From Dimorphilus gyrociliatus (taxonomy: Eukaryota > Animalia > Annelida), in the NCBI GenBank assembly GCA_904063045.1, contig CAJFCJ010000002.1:3219891-3283890 (forward strand): a DNA stretch of 64,000 nucleotides, given 5' to 3'. How positions within the stretch are numbered: position 1 is the stretch's first letter; each line of letters begins with the position of its first letter. Below, in pieces: positions 13,601-26,277 of the stretch. The notes under the pieces were generated by a model. The model was not told the origin of the DNA, searched no databases, and saw only the letters and a list, made by a program, of their open reading frames with translations. A program made the translations under genes and the position numbers.

Positions 13601-16600
13601 ACATCAAGTTGTTACTAGCTAAAAAATGACTAAGATAAACATGAAACTAGCAAAAAAAGAAAGGCTAACTTTTTTCTATCATAAAAAGATTAAAAGACAC
13701 TATTTTTTAATAATTAAATTCTTCTTCTCTTGTTTATTACACCTTGTATACTTTTTATATAAAAAATTTTTAGACGTCCTTACCGTCGAGTCCTGAAAGT
13801 AGTATAGATCCATTTCTGAATAGCTTTTATCCGAATATTGTTGCCTAAAGCAACTGTCTTAAACCTTTCTACTCTTTGGAAAAGAATAAGTAATTATTAG
13901 AATTGCTTAACGAACTTACTTACCCTATTAGTTACGAAACCTGCTGGTGTAATTTTTAAGAGGTTCTTTAATAATCACCATTTTCCTTTTGATTAATTAC
14001 GAGATTTTCAATACTTTACAAATAAAATAGCTAGCTAATTTATTCAATTAACATCAAAAAAGAAAGGCTACAAGTAAAAGATCAATGGAAAATTCTTTTT
14101 TTTTTGTTTTCTACCTTTTCAAAGTTTGACGAAAGCAATAAAAGTCAGTTAATGAAGTCGTAAAAGAACTAAATCTATTCATTACAAAGTACCTTTTTAC
14201 ATATGATACTTGTTTCATGTTTTATGTATTTTTCAAGTTATACTTTTATGATGTATGGTAAAAATGGAATGCGTTATCGATAACTAATCTAATGGCCTTT
14301 ATCTAATTTGTGTAACAATAACAACGATACCTAGCGCAATGTCAGACGATCGGAAACTACAAAATCTTCGTCGACGTGACGTTTTGACATATCCTAAGGT
14401 AAAGATAACCAAATCAATGGAAGCAAATTAAAATAATCTGTTCTTTCTTTAAACAAACGCAAGTGTGTGTGTTTTTTTTCTTGCTGCATTTCTATCTCTA
14501 TCTTTCTCTTTTCTTTTACTCATTCTCTCTTTTATTCTATAGATGCAAAACATTCAGTTTAAATTATCATATAAATGATATTTTTTTGGCATTAAGCTAA
14601 AGTTCCTTTACCGATAGGGGTTTTACGATATTATGTTATCAATAAAAATAGATTCTTAAAAGAGATAGTTACAGAATTTAACAGTCGTTGTGCGCATGAG
14701 CGATTAGCCAGAATTTAATTTCTCATTAGCTGTTGTGCGCTTGTTTTTCATTATTTAAAGCGGAAACAACGAAAAGAACGGCAATAAGAAAATACGCATA
14801 CCAAATTTTCAGAAGGTATTCTTTCTCTTTAGCAAAGTTTACTGTATAAATTTATATAATTTTAGCATGATTATGAAAAGAAATTAAGACATTCGTTAAT
14901 ATCATTAACATCTGCATCCGTAAAAGTTTGATATGATATAATCCTCTCTAAGGGAAACTTTTCGAAAGAAAATTTTCTATTTTGTAGTTTTTTCCTTTAT
15001 TTAATAATAAGGAAATATATATATATATGTTGTACTGAACAAAAAGGGAAAAAACTATACCCTAACGATGGAGAAGAGAAGAAAAAGCTTTTTTTTCCAA
15101 CGTACCTTACAAGGCTTTTTCTTTCAATCTTTTTCAGTAGAGAGTTTTTTTTTCAAACACCAACTTTTAATTGAAAATAAAAAAAATGTTCAGTACTTCA
15201 CTAAAGCATGATTTCCAATTTTCTCCATTTTTCTTTTTTTAATAGAATCTCTCTATCTCTATCTCTCTCTACGTCTCTCTCTTCTCATAAACTTTTTAAC
15301 ATTTTTGACTATTTTCTCCTTTTATAATATCATCTCGTTCTTTTAATGAATGTATACAAAAAGACAATACTTTTTAAGATGATAAACAATATCTAATGCC
15401 ATTAATACGGAAATAACAATTAACTGCAAAAAGTTACAATGCTGCATATTATGTTATTTTCCCTGGCATTTTTTCAAGTAATAAATATAAAAGCATGTTA
15501 AAAAACAGTACAAAGTTTTATGTTGTATTCTAACCATTTAACATTCTTTTAGTCAAGTTTCATTTGTTGTTTTTTTTTGAAAATATCCTACGTACTTATG
15601 CACTATTCTATTTATTTTAACAAAATTAAATTTTGCAAAGATGACTAGATGAAATAAATTAAATATACAGTATAAATAAATTCATATACATATATATACT
15701 GTATATATGTTATTATAATGGAAATACTGTGTAAGAAGTATTCATTTGCAAATGTTTATATATACTGTATATACTGTATAATAGATAATATTTTCTATAT
15801 GTTTTTACTTTATAAAAATCTTTAAATATCTTTTACAATGCAGTATACACTCTCGCAAGAAACTATAGCTTACCTGAAACAACCAACGTTTGACATATGG
15901 CATTGGGAACCGAATGAGGTTAGTTTAACTATTTTAATTTACCTATAGTTGGTATACTTATGTAATTTTTTATTTCTTATTATTCCTATACAGATGTTAA
16001 GTCTTCTCGAGCATATGTATCATGAATTGAATCTTGTTCAAGAGTTTAACATTAATCCTATAACGTTAAAGAGATGGCTGGTAATAATAATATTTTATTA
16101 TATTATTATAGCATTATTACTATCTATGTAAATTAACTAAATAAGAAAATGTTTTTTCTTTGTTTTTTAATTAATTAGCCGCTAACATTTAACCAACTCT
16201 TTCAAGAGATTTCCTCTCCTTCTTTTCTCTTTCTTAATGCGTAATTAATCAAGATTAGAAGCAATACTTTTTATTTTGTTTACACTCGGCGGTTTTCATT
16301 AGCAATCTCGATTAGCTCATTCATTTAGATTTTCTTTTTATCTCTCGTAGTTGGATAAAATGTTAAGTACAATAAAAGAGGAAAGGAAATTTCTTAGTTT
16401 GTATCTTATTATAAAAGTTAGTCGAGTGCATCTTTAAAAACTATTATTCGCTTTAAAATCTAAACAAAAGAATTCCTACAGCTCTGCATACAAGAAAACT
16501 ATAGAAATAATCCTTTTCACAACTTTCGCCATTGCTTTTGCGTAACCCAAATGATGTATGGAATGATAAACTTATGTAAACTTTGGGAAAAGATGAGCAG

Positions 16601-17918
16601 AGAAGATTTAGGAATTTTATTAACAGCCTGCATATGTCACGATCTCGATCATCCTGGTTACAATAATACTTATCAAATAAATGCCAGGACTGAATTAGCT
16701 ATACGTTACAACGATATTTCGCCGTTGGAAAATCATCATTGCGCAATAGCATTTCAAATCTTATCGAATCCAGAAACGAATATATTCTCAAATGTAGACG
16801 CTCCGACTTTTAAAAGGATAAGATCGGTATGTATTTTTTAAAAAAAGTAACGTTTTGTCACTCCTTTACCACCTTGATAAGATAATTAAATAGTTTGGGC
16901 ATTAAAAGCCTGTAAAACTATAATTTCCCCTCTAAAGATCTTTGTATCAAAATATGAAAGACTATTTTTATATTGATAATATTTTGGAAAGATGAGATAT
17001 GGATCATTTTCTCTAAAAATATAATATATAAATAGACATTGTTATGGTATTAAAAAAAAACATATCTATAAAAAAGAGAGAGATACCTGTAATTAAAGGA
17101 AAGTTGTAATGATAATTTAGGAGATCAGACAGTTAATTCTTGCGACTGACATGGCTAAACACAAGGAGATTTTAAGCAGCTTTCTACAAATTGTTGAATC
17201 ATCTTTCGATTTTAATTCGGAGGAGCACATATCATTGGTAATTAAAGATTTTTCTTTTTTCTCTTTCCCAAATTCTTTCGCAGGGCGTGATTATGCTGAT
17301 TTTAGCAACTGACATGGCACGTCATAACGAAATTCTGGAAGCTTTTAAAAGTAAAATCGGTAAATTCGATTTTTCCAAGGAGGATCACGTCAACTCGGTA
17401 AATATCTTATTTATAGCATTTTCACGCCATTAGAAAGAACTTGTGATATACTTAATTAAACTCTATTAGTTAATTATCCAAAATATTTTATGTAATACTT
17501 AAAAGCTATACACCCTTTAAAGCTTAAAATGGTGCTGATAAAATGCTGCGACATCAGTAACGAAGTAAGACCTTTTGAAGTTAGCGAGCCATGGGTTGAT
17601 TGTCTTCTCGAGGAATATTTCAATCAATCGGATAAAGAGAAAGAACAAGGCCTACCAGTTGCTCCATTTATGGATAGAGAGAAAGTTACGAAGCCAACTG
17701 CTCAAATTGGATTTATAAAATTTGTTCTTATTCCCATGTTTGAAACAGTGGCAAAAGTAAAACATTAATTATTTCGTTTCTAAATTGCTCTCCTATAAAA
17801 ACATTTATCTCTACAGCTTTTTACTGAACTTGAAGATGTCATGGTAAAACCATTGACGGGAGCCAGGGATCGCTATGAAAAGATGAAAGAAGAAGTTAGT
17901 TCATCAGATACAAAATGA
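10650..17918 (+). CDS. PDE9A: cGMP-specific 3',5'-cyclic phosphodiesterase 9 (PDE9A-like)
   Basis: Exons 10650-10718, 11715-11785, 11839-11916, 12978-13027, 13126-13263, 13321-13426, 14335-14398 (or 14761-14815), 15844-15918, 15994-16080, 16482-16826, 17284-17397 (or 17121-17237), 17523-17756, 17817-17918, all phase-compatible. N-terminus [17 protein letters not shown] resembles PDE9A; [26 protein letters not shown] and TAQIGF motifs are intact. Confidence 0.93.
14335..14398 (+). other. PDE9 alternative exon 7a ([21 protein letters not shown])
   Basis: ctag| acceptor, |gtaaag donor; phase 2 in, phase 0 out; resembles vertebrate PDE9A RRDVPTYPK. Confidence 0.8.
14761..14815 (+). other. PDE9 candidate alternative exon 7b ([18 protein letters not shown])
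   Basis: ttgtttttcattatttaaag| acceptor, AAG|gtattc donor; same phases as 7a; ends IPNFQK, comparable to VPTYPK/VLTYPK. Confidence 0.6.
17121..17237 (+). other. PDE9 catalytic-domain alternative exon 11a
   Basis: tttag| acceptor, |gtaatt donor; phase 0/0; encodes [39 protein letters not shown]. Confidence 0.8.
17284..17397 (+). other. PDE9 catalytic-domain alternative exon 11b
   Basis: ttctttcgcag| acceptor, |gtaaat donor; phase 0/0; encodes [38 protein letters not shown], close to human [38 protein letters not shown]. Confidence 0.85.
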
Positions 17919-19126
17919 TTTATGGCAAGATTTTTCTCTTTCATCGCTTTTTTTCTCTCTTTCATTATTTTACCTTTGAAAAAATACGTATGATAAAAGA
18001 CCCTCTACATTCTCTCTTTTGCACCCATTTACGATTGTAATTCAAAAGTGCACTACTATAAATGTAACGCTCTTTTCTTTTATGGTATATTATAAAGCAC
18101 GTCCAGTTTATAAAATTTTAACATTAATTGATGAAATTATTAGCTATAATTCCCGAATTATCGCAACAGATGGATGAAAAAAGTCAAGTCAACTCTTAAC
18201 GTCTAACAACTCTATTGGGATAAATAATCTTCAAGAATAAAACAGTTGACCATTTACTATTTTATCTATATTTATATGTATTTGTATACTCTATATACTA
18301 TATATATATATATAGAAATATGTGTACAAAATAATAATATCCATACGATGTATTAATATAAATTTATATACTATCTTAACTTAATAGTTTTTAATCAGTT
18401 TTCTTTTATTCTCACTTATTGTAGTTATTTAGTTGATTCTATTTGTTTTAATAATTTATTCAATGTTCTAAATTTAGTGATAAAAGTAATTATTAATCAA
18501 AAATGAAAGAAAATGAAAAAAAAAAAAAGATTGATATGATAAAAATCTAATAATCTTTCATTCCTTTATATTTCTTGTAGCATTTTCGTACTTTTACTGC
18601 AAAGGTTGGAATGAAAAAAAAAAAACCTTTTTTTTATGCAAAATTTCTTTTTTTTATAATTTATAATTAGCTGTCAATTAATTGTCATAATTATGTCTTT
18701 ATGTCTTTTCTTTATTTTCCAATAAAAAAAGACTTTATCGATTTACGTTCTTATTCTAATTTATGTTTTTTGAAGTATGAAACCAAGAACTGGAAAAAAA
18801 TCATCAAATTGGTTTGAAAACCACAACATATTTATTATCTTTTCTAATAAACTAAAAATAAGATGGATAAATTTTTCCTTTTGAAGGATTTTATATATAT
18901 TTTCCTTGCTTGCTCTCACCAATCCATTAGAGAGAAATTTCACACCCCTAGGGTTGCCTTAAGTACTAAATAACTATGGAGACAGGAAGTTATCTCGTCT
19001 CTGATCATAAGATCTTGAAAAAAAACCCGGTAAATGAGTCAATAAAAGCAGAATTTCTATTTATTCAGATAAAGGGTAATAAATTTTCCATCAGGCGAGT
19101 GTTAATTTGAAAATTTCTTTTAAATT

Positions 19127-20648
19127 TTATACTCCATTCAACATATTGGATATATTCGTCTTTTCTAATTCTTCTTCTATAATAGTCCAATGTCTCTTTG
19201 AAAACTACAATAGAGCGTATTTACAATATTAGATATGTACATTTTCCATCCAAATGGATAATTAGAATTACCTTTTCTGATGAATTATAGTTATTCATAA
19301 ATAATCCTATAGTCCCTTCTCGTATAGTAAAGCCAAATTTTTTGCATTCTATTTCAGTTTCGTCATTATGGTTTAATTGTAGGAAAGACGTAAATTTTGA
19401 TAAAGGTAAACTAAATCGTTTCAAATTAAAGGCAGTATTAAACATATCAATGACTTTTCTGTAAATGATAAAAATAAACAATAATATAGAAATTACCTAG
19501 GTTAACTATATAAAAATACTAACTTTTGTATAGTATGAAGATGATAATGTATGCATAAAAGATAAATTAATGGTAATGATTTTCCCTTTTTAATAAATCT
19601 GTAGAAATTACCCGAGGCGTACGATTTCGTTATATCTAATACTCTATTAAACATTTCATAGTTTCTTGAATCCCTGTGAAAAAAGAGAACATGTTTTAAA
19701 AGTTTTTTTATAAGTCCTTAAGTACCTTCTCAAGTTCATTCTTAGAATCAAAGCTCTCCTCAATATTCTATCGTTCTCAAGATTTACTAAGAGATTAATA
19801 CATTCCATTTCCTCTCTTAATTTAAAAGGTAAATTTAAAGCTTCTGCTAACTCAACGGACTTGGATATACACTCGGTGACATGGGTGGTATTTATTTTTG
19901 GGTCAAACTCATTAATGGAATGATCACACAGTCTGTAAAATGTAATTATTTACAAATTGATTATGGCTTTAAGACAGAAGAATAATAAACTATACTTGTA
20001 ATTAGAAAATACATGAAATCTGACACATATTTGTAAAATTTCAAGGGCCAGTCTTGTCTCAATTCTCTGGATGACAATTTCTTGTCTGATGGACCTCAAA
20101 CGATCGAAAATGAATTCGTAGACCTGATACCAAGGTCTATCATTTCTCTCAGCAATTCTTTAATAGAATAATAATAAGATATAAATATATAAAAATGCCT
20201 AAAGTTTTGATTAACAATTTGCTTTTTAAATTACTTTGTAATTAAGTAATGTGATGTCTTTAATAATGTTTCTGGCGTACGCAATTCGCTGTTTTTGGTT
20301 TCTTTTCCTGCAGCTGGACGGTGATATTCTTTCACTAGTAAACTTTTATCTAGTTTTCTGTAGATTGTCAATATAACTGTAATTTAGCTTCTCGGTAATG
20401 TTTTATTTTGATATAATACCGTTTCTTGTGTATATCAGTTGGTTGTTCAAAGTAATTAACTAAGTTGCGTGAGATTCTTCTGAGCGAAATAAAAGAACCC
20501 GGTGTAAAAGAAAAAAAAAACCCTTTGATTAAGGTTATTATAATAACAGTTACAATATTAAAAATATATGAAATAATTAGCTTCTCTATTATTACATCTT
20601 AGCTTCATCAGCAGGGCACATATCTTCACTTGTACCCTTCTTTTCCAT
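19127..20648 (-). CDS. SAC3D1: SAC3 domain-containing protein 1-like (SAC3/GANP family)
   Basis: Multi-exon model (20648-20596, 20479-20420, 20357-20235, 20157-19996, 19932 onward, to TAA at 19127). Family motifs MCPADE, VKEYHRPAAGK, LRTPETL, YEFIFDRLRSIRQE, FDPKIN. Confidence 0.85.
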
Positions 20649-21119
20649 GTTTCTAATGATTATTTTATATACACTCGCACTCTAGATTGATACAAATACT
20701 AAACGTATCGTAAGTATACAAATATAGGACACCGTAAATTTCCTAAAAGATTACTTTTCGACAAGAAATGAATAGTTCCCTTAAACTTATGATAAAGTTA
20801 TGTTTACATCTAACAACAATAAAAAGTTTGTTTTATATTATTTAAACAAGCAGAGTAAAAAAAAACCTTATATTTCTTACTATTCTGAATTACAACTAAC
20901 TGGAAAACTTGTATAGTAAAAAGAATGTATTGTAGTGTAATCTAGCGGTTTAGAAATGAACTAAAATGATTATATATATACTGTATATTTTAGTGAATAT
21001 ATGCTTGAAAAAGTATGTAAAACAATATAAAAACTACTGTAATTTTAAAAACTATTCAGAAAGAATATTAAAGGTAAAAAAAAACATACAAACACACACA
21101 TAAGTGATTTTTTTCTTTA

Positions 21120-21617
21120 TTAATGATGACGTCTTTCGAAGAAGGATATCACTGAACAAATTATACATAAAACAACAACTGTAACCTGAATATCATATCC
21201 TGTGTGTAAATCGTGTAAACCAGCCTTGGCTGCAAAAATGGAAAGTGTGATAAAACCAGTTCCAATGGCTGCAACAATGAAACTGAATATAACAGTAGAT
21301 AATAATTTTTTCCAAGGAGATTCAACAAGAAATTTATAAAAGGAGATACACCATGCTATGAATAGGATTAATAATGTTAAAATGGAGAAAGTTTGGCAAG
21401 CTTCCAGCCATGGTTCAATATTGGTTAAGTGTTCGCATTTAGAAGATGCACATCTTCTCCATAAGCCGTAGTTTACTTTCTGTCCAGATACAATCGTGTC
21501 AACTTTCCAATCAGGTAATGCCAGAGCTACAATATGAAGTATTATCATTACAAGGATCAGGAATATTAAAGCCTTTAGCCAGTTTGTTGACCGTCGCCAT
21601 CTTTCAATTAATTCCAT
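21120..21617 (-). CDS. PMP22/EMP/claudin-like tetraspan protein, intronless
   Basis: Four hydrophobic segments and the ECL1 signature W...GLW..C...C (LPDW, YGLWRRCASSKC). First ATG at 21617. Confidence 0.8.
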   Translation of the reverse strand: MELIERWRRSTNWLKALIFLILVMIILHIVALALPDWKVDTIVSGQKVNYGLWRRCASSKCEHLTNIEPWLEACQTFSILTLLILFIAWCISFYKFLVESPWKKLLSTVIFSFIVAAIGTGFITLSIFAAKAGLHDLHTGYDIQVTVVVLCIICSVISFFERRHH

Positions 21618-22139
21618 AATAAAAGATTTCAATTAAAATTAATATAAAAATGTTACTAGTTCCTTAATTCCAAATGATAATTTAAGAAAAAACTTGGCTT
21701 TTAAATTTTCTTTTAACCTAGTTTTACAATATGACTATTTTATTCTATTCAGGACATCATGATCTCAATACTATGAAGTATTCAATACAATCAGGTGACT
21801 TTATAATTGTTATAGCTCAATTGTTGCTGAATTAATAATTTCATGGGAAAACGATCCTTTTCTATTTAATAAGAAAAAAATGGTTTCTTCTAATAACAAT
21901 TTCGAACAGTATTCAAGTTCCCATGTTACCGGAATTATGTTTAACCTCAATATTTCTTCAAGTACAAACCACTTTTCTATAGTGTTAAATGAATATTTGT
22001 ATTGAGTATAACTTTTAAAAAGAAGTAATAGATTTTCCGATGGAAAATGGTACATAAATAAAGGCCAATAGCTTGAAAGTTTACTATTTCTCATGCTAAA
22101 AGTGTTGACTTTCAATACTATATTATTAAATTTTAATAC

Positions 22140-22500
22140 TCTTTTAGTATCAACAAGCTCTGTTACATACTTATCAATATAGTATAATTAGAACTTTAAA
22201 GGTCATTGCCCTCTGGTAGATAAATCATGAACATTTCAAATATTCTTTTTAGTCTGTCTAACCGAAATATGAGCTCGAAAACGTGAGAATTGATCACGTT
22301 CACCCAAGATTTTTATACATAGGGGTTCGGTGAAAAGATATTGTTTCGGGAGTGGAATAAGAATTATCTTTCATCGGGTACAGGGAACAATAGATTTTTA
22401 ACATTTTTCTGTTTTCCTTTTTCAAATTATTATGAGATTAACATATAAGGAACGATTTCCCCCGAAGTAGTGAGACTGTAACGTACGATTTCTTTCGGCT
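22140..22500 (-). mobile_element. Possible decayed pogo/Tigger (DDE_1)-like transposase relic
   Basis: Interrupted translation KKSYVTV(frameshift)TTSGEIVPYMLI**FEKGK resembles the pogo DDE_1 stretch TV..C.SA.GE.LP.MIIF.GK. Many stops; no terminal inverted repeats seen. Confidence 0.3.
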
Positions 22501-25215
22501 ATAGTTACTTTTTAAGACTTTTGTTTTTTTTTTACAGTTACAACTCAAACTTTTCAAGAAGAAGGAAATTTTTATGAATAGACTCTGTTTTATATTTACA
22601 CAATATAATTTACAAAGTTTTTATATACTACACAACGCCCTCTGAAAGATAAAATAGGTCAAATTTTATAAATAGAAATCCCAGTAAGAATTTTGGGTCA
22701 CCTCTTTTTATCTAGAATTGTATTATTTTCCAATCTTAAGCCTAAATAGATAGATAGCAATCCAAACATTAAAATAAATCATAAAATAATGTTTTACTTC
22801 GAAGATGAGTCATAGTTAAATTATAAAAGGGGAGGTACTGTTTTAATGGACAATTTACCTTAAGAAAGAGGTATGCTTCCCTTGAATTTTAATCACAAAG
22901 AAGTTATTTTACAAATATCTGCAAAAAGTAATACCAATTGAATTATCTTTTGTAAAATGTTTATCATTTACATTGAGTATGATATAGAACACTCGTAAAC
23001 GAAATCTTCTGATATTGAAGTAAATTGCCCACAGTATTTTCTTAATGCTAAAATCAATTAATATCTTTTTTGGCGTAAGCCATCATTTTTAGACTAAAGT
23101 AGAATAATACAAAAAATTTTAAATTTATTCTAACAAAACTATAGGCAAGTATAAATCATTCGTATACAACACTAGCTTCCTTCAAAGTAGAATAAATATT
23201 TAGGGTGAAAATTCTTTTTTTTAGAAAAAAAATGGATGGGACGTAACCTCTATTTTCACATTGAATTTTTGTATATTCTTTCTTCTACAAGTATAATAAA
23301 TTTTAAATTCATTATCAGCAAAAATTTTTTATTCTATCCTCTGAGTAATAAAGTAGATATTTAATATCTACTAATTTGATTAAGGAATTATAAGCATTTT
23401 TTTTATGTTCATGTTTTCACCTCTCATTTATTCGGCTAGTGAATTTATCTTTTGCAAAATTATTGTTTTATTATAGCAATTAATGAGGCATTAGTGGATA
23501 GTAGAAATTGTAAAATTGACTCTTGTAGCCTGTATTGTTGTATAGAATATATACTCGTGTTTTTGCTTGGGTCTTGGGTTGACAGGAAATTTTTGATAAA
23601 AATTTCAATGATTCATATATTTTCCGGTTCTATCATATTTAAAAAAAGAAATCAATCATATACACGCATAATCCATACTCGTCACAGATATGTAAATTAT
23701 AGTATGAATAGGTTATAAATATACTATACTGCGTATACGAAAGCTTGCCTTTATACTATTTATTTTAGGAAATTTAAAATATAGTTTTGAAGTCTACAGT
23801 TACAATGGTGATTATTCATATTTTCCAGTATCACAGTCGCGAGTTGTTGCTTTTTAAAGAGGAATGTTTAATGTATTAATTAATTTCAGTGCCCAGTATT
23901 TCCTAAATAGCAGAAAGAGAATTTTTGCCCTTATACATACATTTACGATTTACATTCATATTTATTATGTACACAGTACTATAATGATTCTGTACTTAAA
24001 CATATAGTGTTTTCCACTGACATGACTGATTAGAAAGTATAGTACAGAATGTTAACTTAACGATAACTTAGAGATATACTTTGTCCTTGTATACTATAAA
24101 AAGATACATATATTTAAGACTAACAAAACTAATGAATTATTAATAAAGAATAATAGTAGAGATGTTAAACTATGCTTATATATAAAAATCTTATAATATA
24201 GCTGATTCGATTTCCCTTCGAGTAACCTGATAAAAACAACGATAGCATTCTCTACATCAGCAGTTTGCCGTGTATATTTAGAACTTCGACAGGGGAAGTA
24301 TGCTCTAAAAATATCTGAAACTATATACGAGAACCATATGTAGCTCTATATTCAACAAGTACTCATAATATTTTTTCTTTCTATAAAGCTCATGATGCCT
24401 GGAACGTGGAAGTATCCTGGATGCTTTTTCCTTATGTACATTTTAAGTTATTATATTTGTAAACTAATTAAATTATGATGTGAAAAAAAAGGAATCTGTC
24501 ATAAGGTTTAGATGAAATTATTAATAAAATTATTATACGAACGTTTTTATCATACAAATTAACCAATGAAAAAGTTTATATATTTTCCTAAAAACAATAT
24601 ATACTCTCTCTTTGTTTGCATATAACAATGAATTTAGTTTACATTGCAGAATAGAGATAGTTATTTATATAAGAATTTCAAACTATTTTTAATATAATTG
24701 TAGTAAAGTGGATAGAAGGATAGATATATGAAAGAGAAACGTGTGTGTATAGGGCAAACATATATGAAATACGCAATTCTTTCATTGGATTATTTAATAT
24801 CTTTATTCGTAAAATTTTTGAAAATCAACTTTCACGCAAGGCTAAACTAACTAAGACACCCAAGTCAATGTATTATATGCCAATTTGTACTTGTACCTTT
24901 ATACTATATTCAAAAGACAAACTCCTAATATAATTTTGAATAAAAAATCTCTTAATAAACATAAAAAAATAGTGAAAAAATGATAACATTTTCTTTAAAT
25001 GTTATTGTGGAGACAAAATTGATAAATATTGAATTTTAGAGGAATAATTATTATTTAAGGACATTTCGTATAAAATGTTACATAAAGTACAAATCATATA
25101 GAAAGAAAAACAGCTATTACTATAAATATATATTTGTGCTCATGGTAAGTGAAACATAATAGATGTAGCAAAAATTATTTAATTTATCAAAAATTATTAG
25201 AAAAATCTTGAAGAA

Positions 25216-25815
25216 TTAATCTTTTTTTCCTTCAATGTAGCCGAGAATGGCGCTCACAATAGAGCCTATTAGTGATATACAAACCAAGGCGAAGCCAGCG
25301 TGTAAATTCTTCCTGCCAGTGTCGTTCGATTTTCCAGCAAATACAGCTACCGTTATTAGACAGCTGAAAGCTGAAAATAAAAAGATTAAATGTAACATTG
25401 GCCAATAATATTTACTTGAACTGAGATATTCACATTAGATAATTAATATAGGCTTTTATTATCAAAATATCTTACCAGAGCAAATGGATGTGGCTATTAT
25501 GATTTGCGTAAGAAGTTTCTTTCTTATTAAATCGGTGAATGTTCTAAGGCATAAGGCCACTAAACATCCAATCAGACTCAGCGTTGCAATTATTGCAAAA
25601 GCTTGACAAGCTTTAATATAGTCGGATGCATTTGAACCGTATTCACCACAATTTCCATAGTTGCAGAGCTTCCATAATCCTATTTTAGTATCACCAAATT
25701 TTATCCACTCCGGAATAGCTATTCCAACGATGTGTAGTAATAGCACGATTGGAAGAAGAAAAAGATGAAGTTTACAGACTGTAGAAGCGGACTTCAAGTT
25801 TTCTAAAATAGACAT
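25216..25815 (-). CDS. PMP22/EMP/claudin-like tetraspan protein, two exons
   Basis: Exons 25815-25476 and 25370-25216 (phase-1 intron, 105 nt). IPEW, IGLWKLCNYGNC signature, four TM segments; paralog of the 21120 gene. Confidence 0.82.
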
Positions 25816-26114
25816 GTCGAATAATTTATTCTTTCTCACCAGCCAGTGAATATAAACTGTGGAGAAGTTTGTGTGTGTGTGTGGCTTTATACCAATCGTA
25901 AGTTTAGAAATATATGAACAAATGCGCCATCTACGCCACTGACAAATGGTATGTTTGAAAACGAAAATAAAACAAAAAAAGTCAAATCAACCACTATACC
26001 TTTGTGTTGTATACTTTTTCAGTTGTCATAGCATTTTATTAAATCTCCATATAAGATTCTGATTTAATATTAATTTGCTTCCTATCTAGAACTTGTTTTT
26101 ATCAGAACCTATTT

Positions 26115-26277
26115 TCTGGCAGACAATAGTTCTTAATTTTAGGATCATAGCAGCCGTATTAAAATTACTTAATAGCCTAGGAAATAATTTAGATTATAAA
26201 CATGTTTTGGCCATCAAAAAATTCACATGTTTAAAAATTTTATCCTTTGTAACAATTACTTAGTATCATGACTGTAT
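26115..26277 (+). repeat. Copy 1 of a diverged direct repeat (decayed LRR-like pseudo-exon)
   Basis: Aligns by eye at about 85% to 27264-27427; translation LKLLNSLGNNLDY...KKFTCLKILS then a frameshift. Confidence 0.7.

Noticed and set aside
14125-14143. 19-nt candidate micro-exon in PDE9 intron 6 (strong acceptor, gtcagt donor, phase 2/0)
   Set aside because: No sequence similarity to exon 7a/7b; such short phase matches arise easily by chance. Only RNA data could rescue it.
18949-18958. TAGGGTTGCC, resembling a hAT/MITE terminus
   Set aside because: No matching inverted end found nearby.
23452-24933. ORF-track ORFs 23452-23718 and 24745-24933, and an open minus frame near 24090-24340
   Set aside because: No recognisable motifs or exon chains; composition is typical of AT-rich non-coding DNA.
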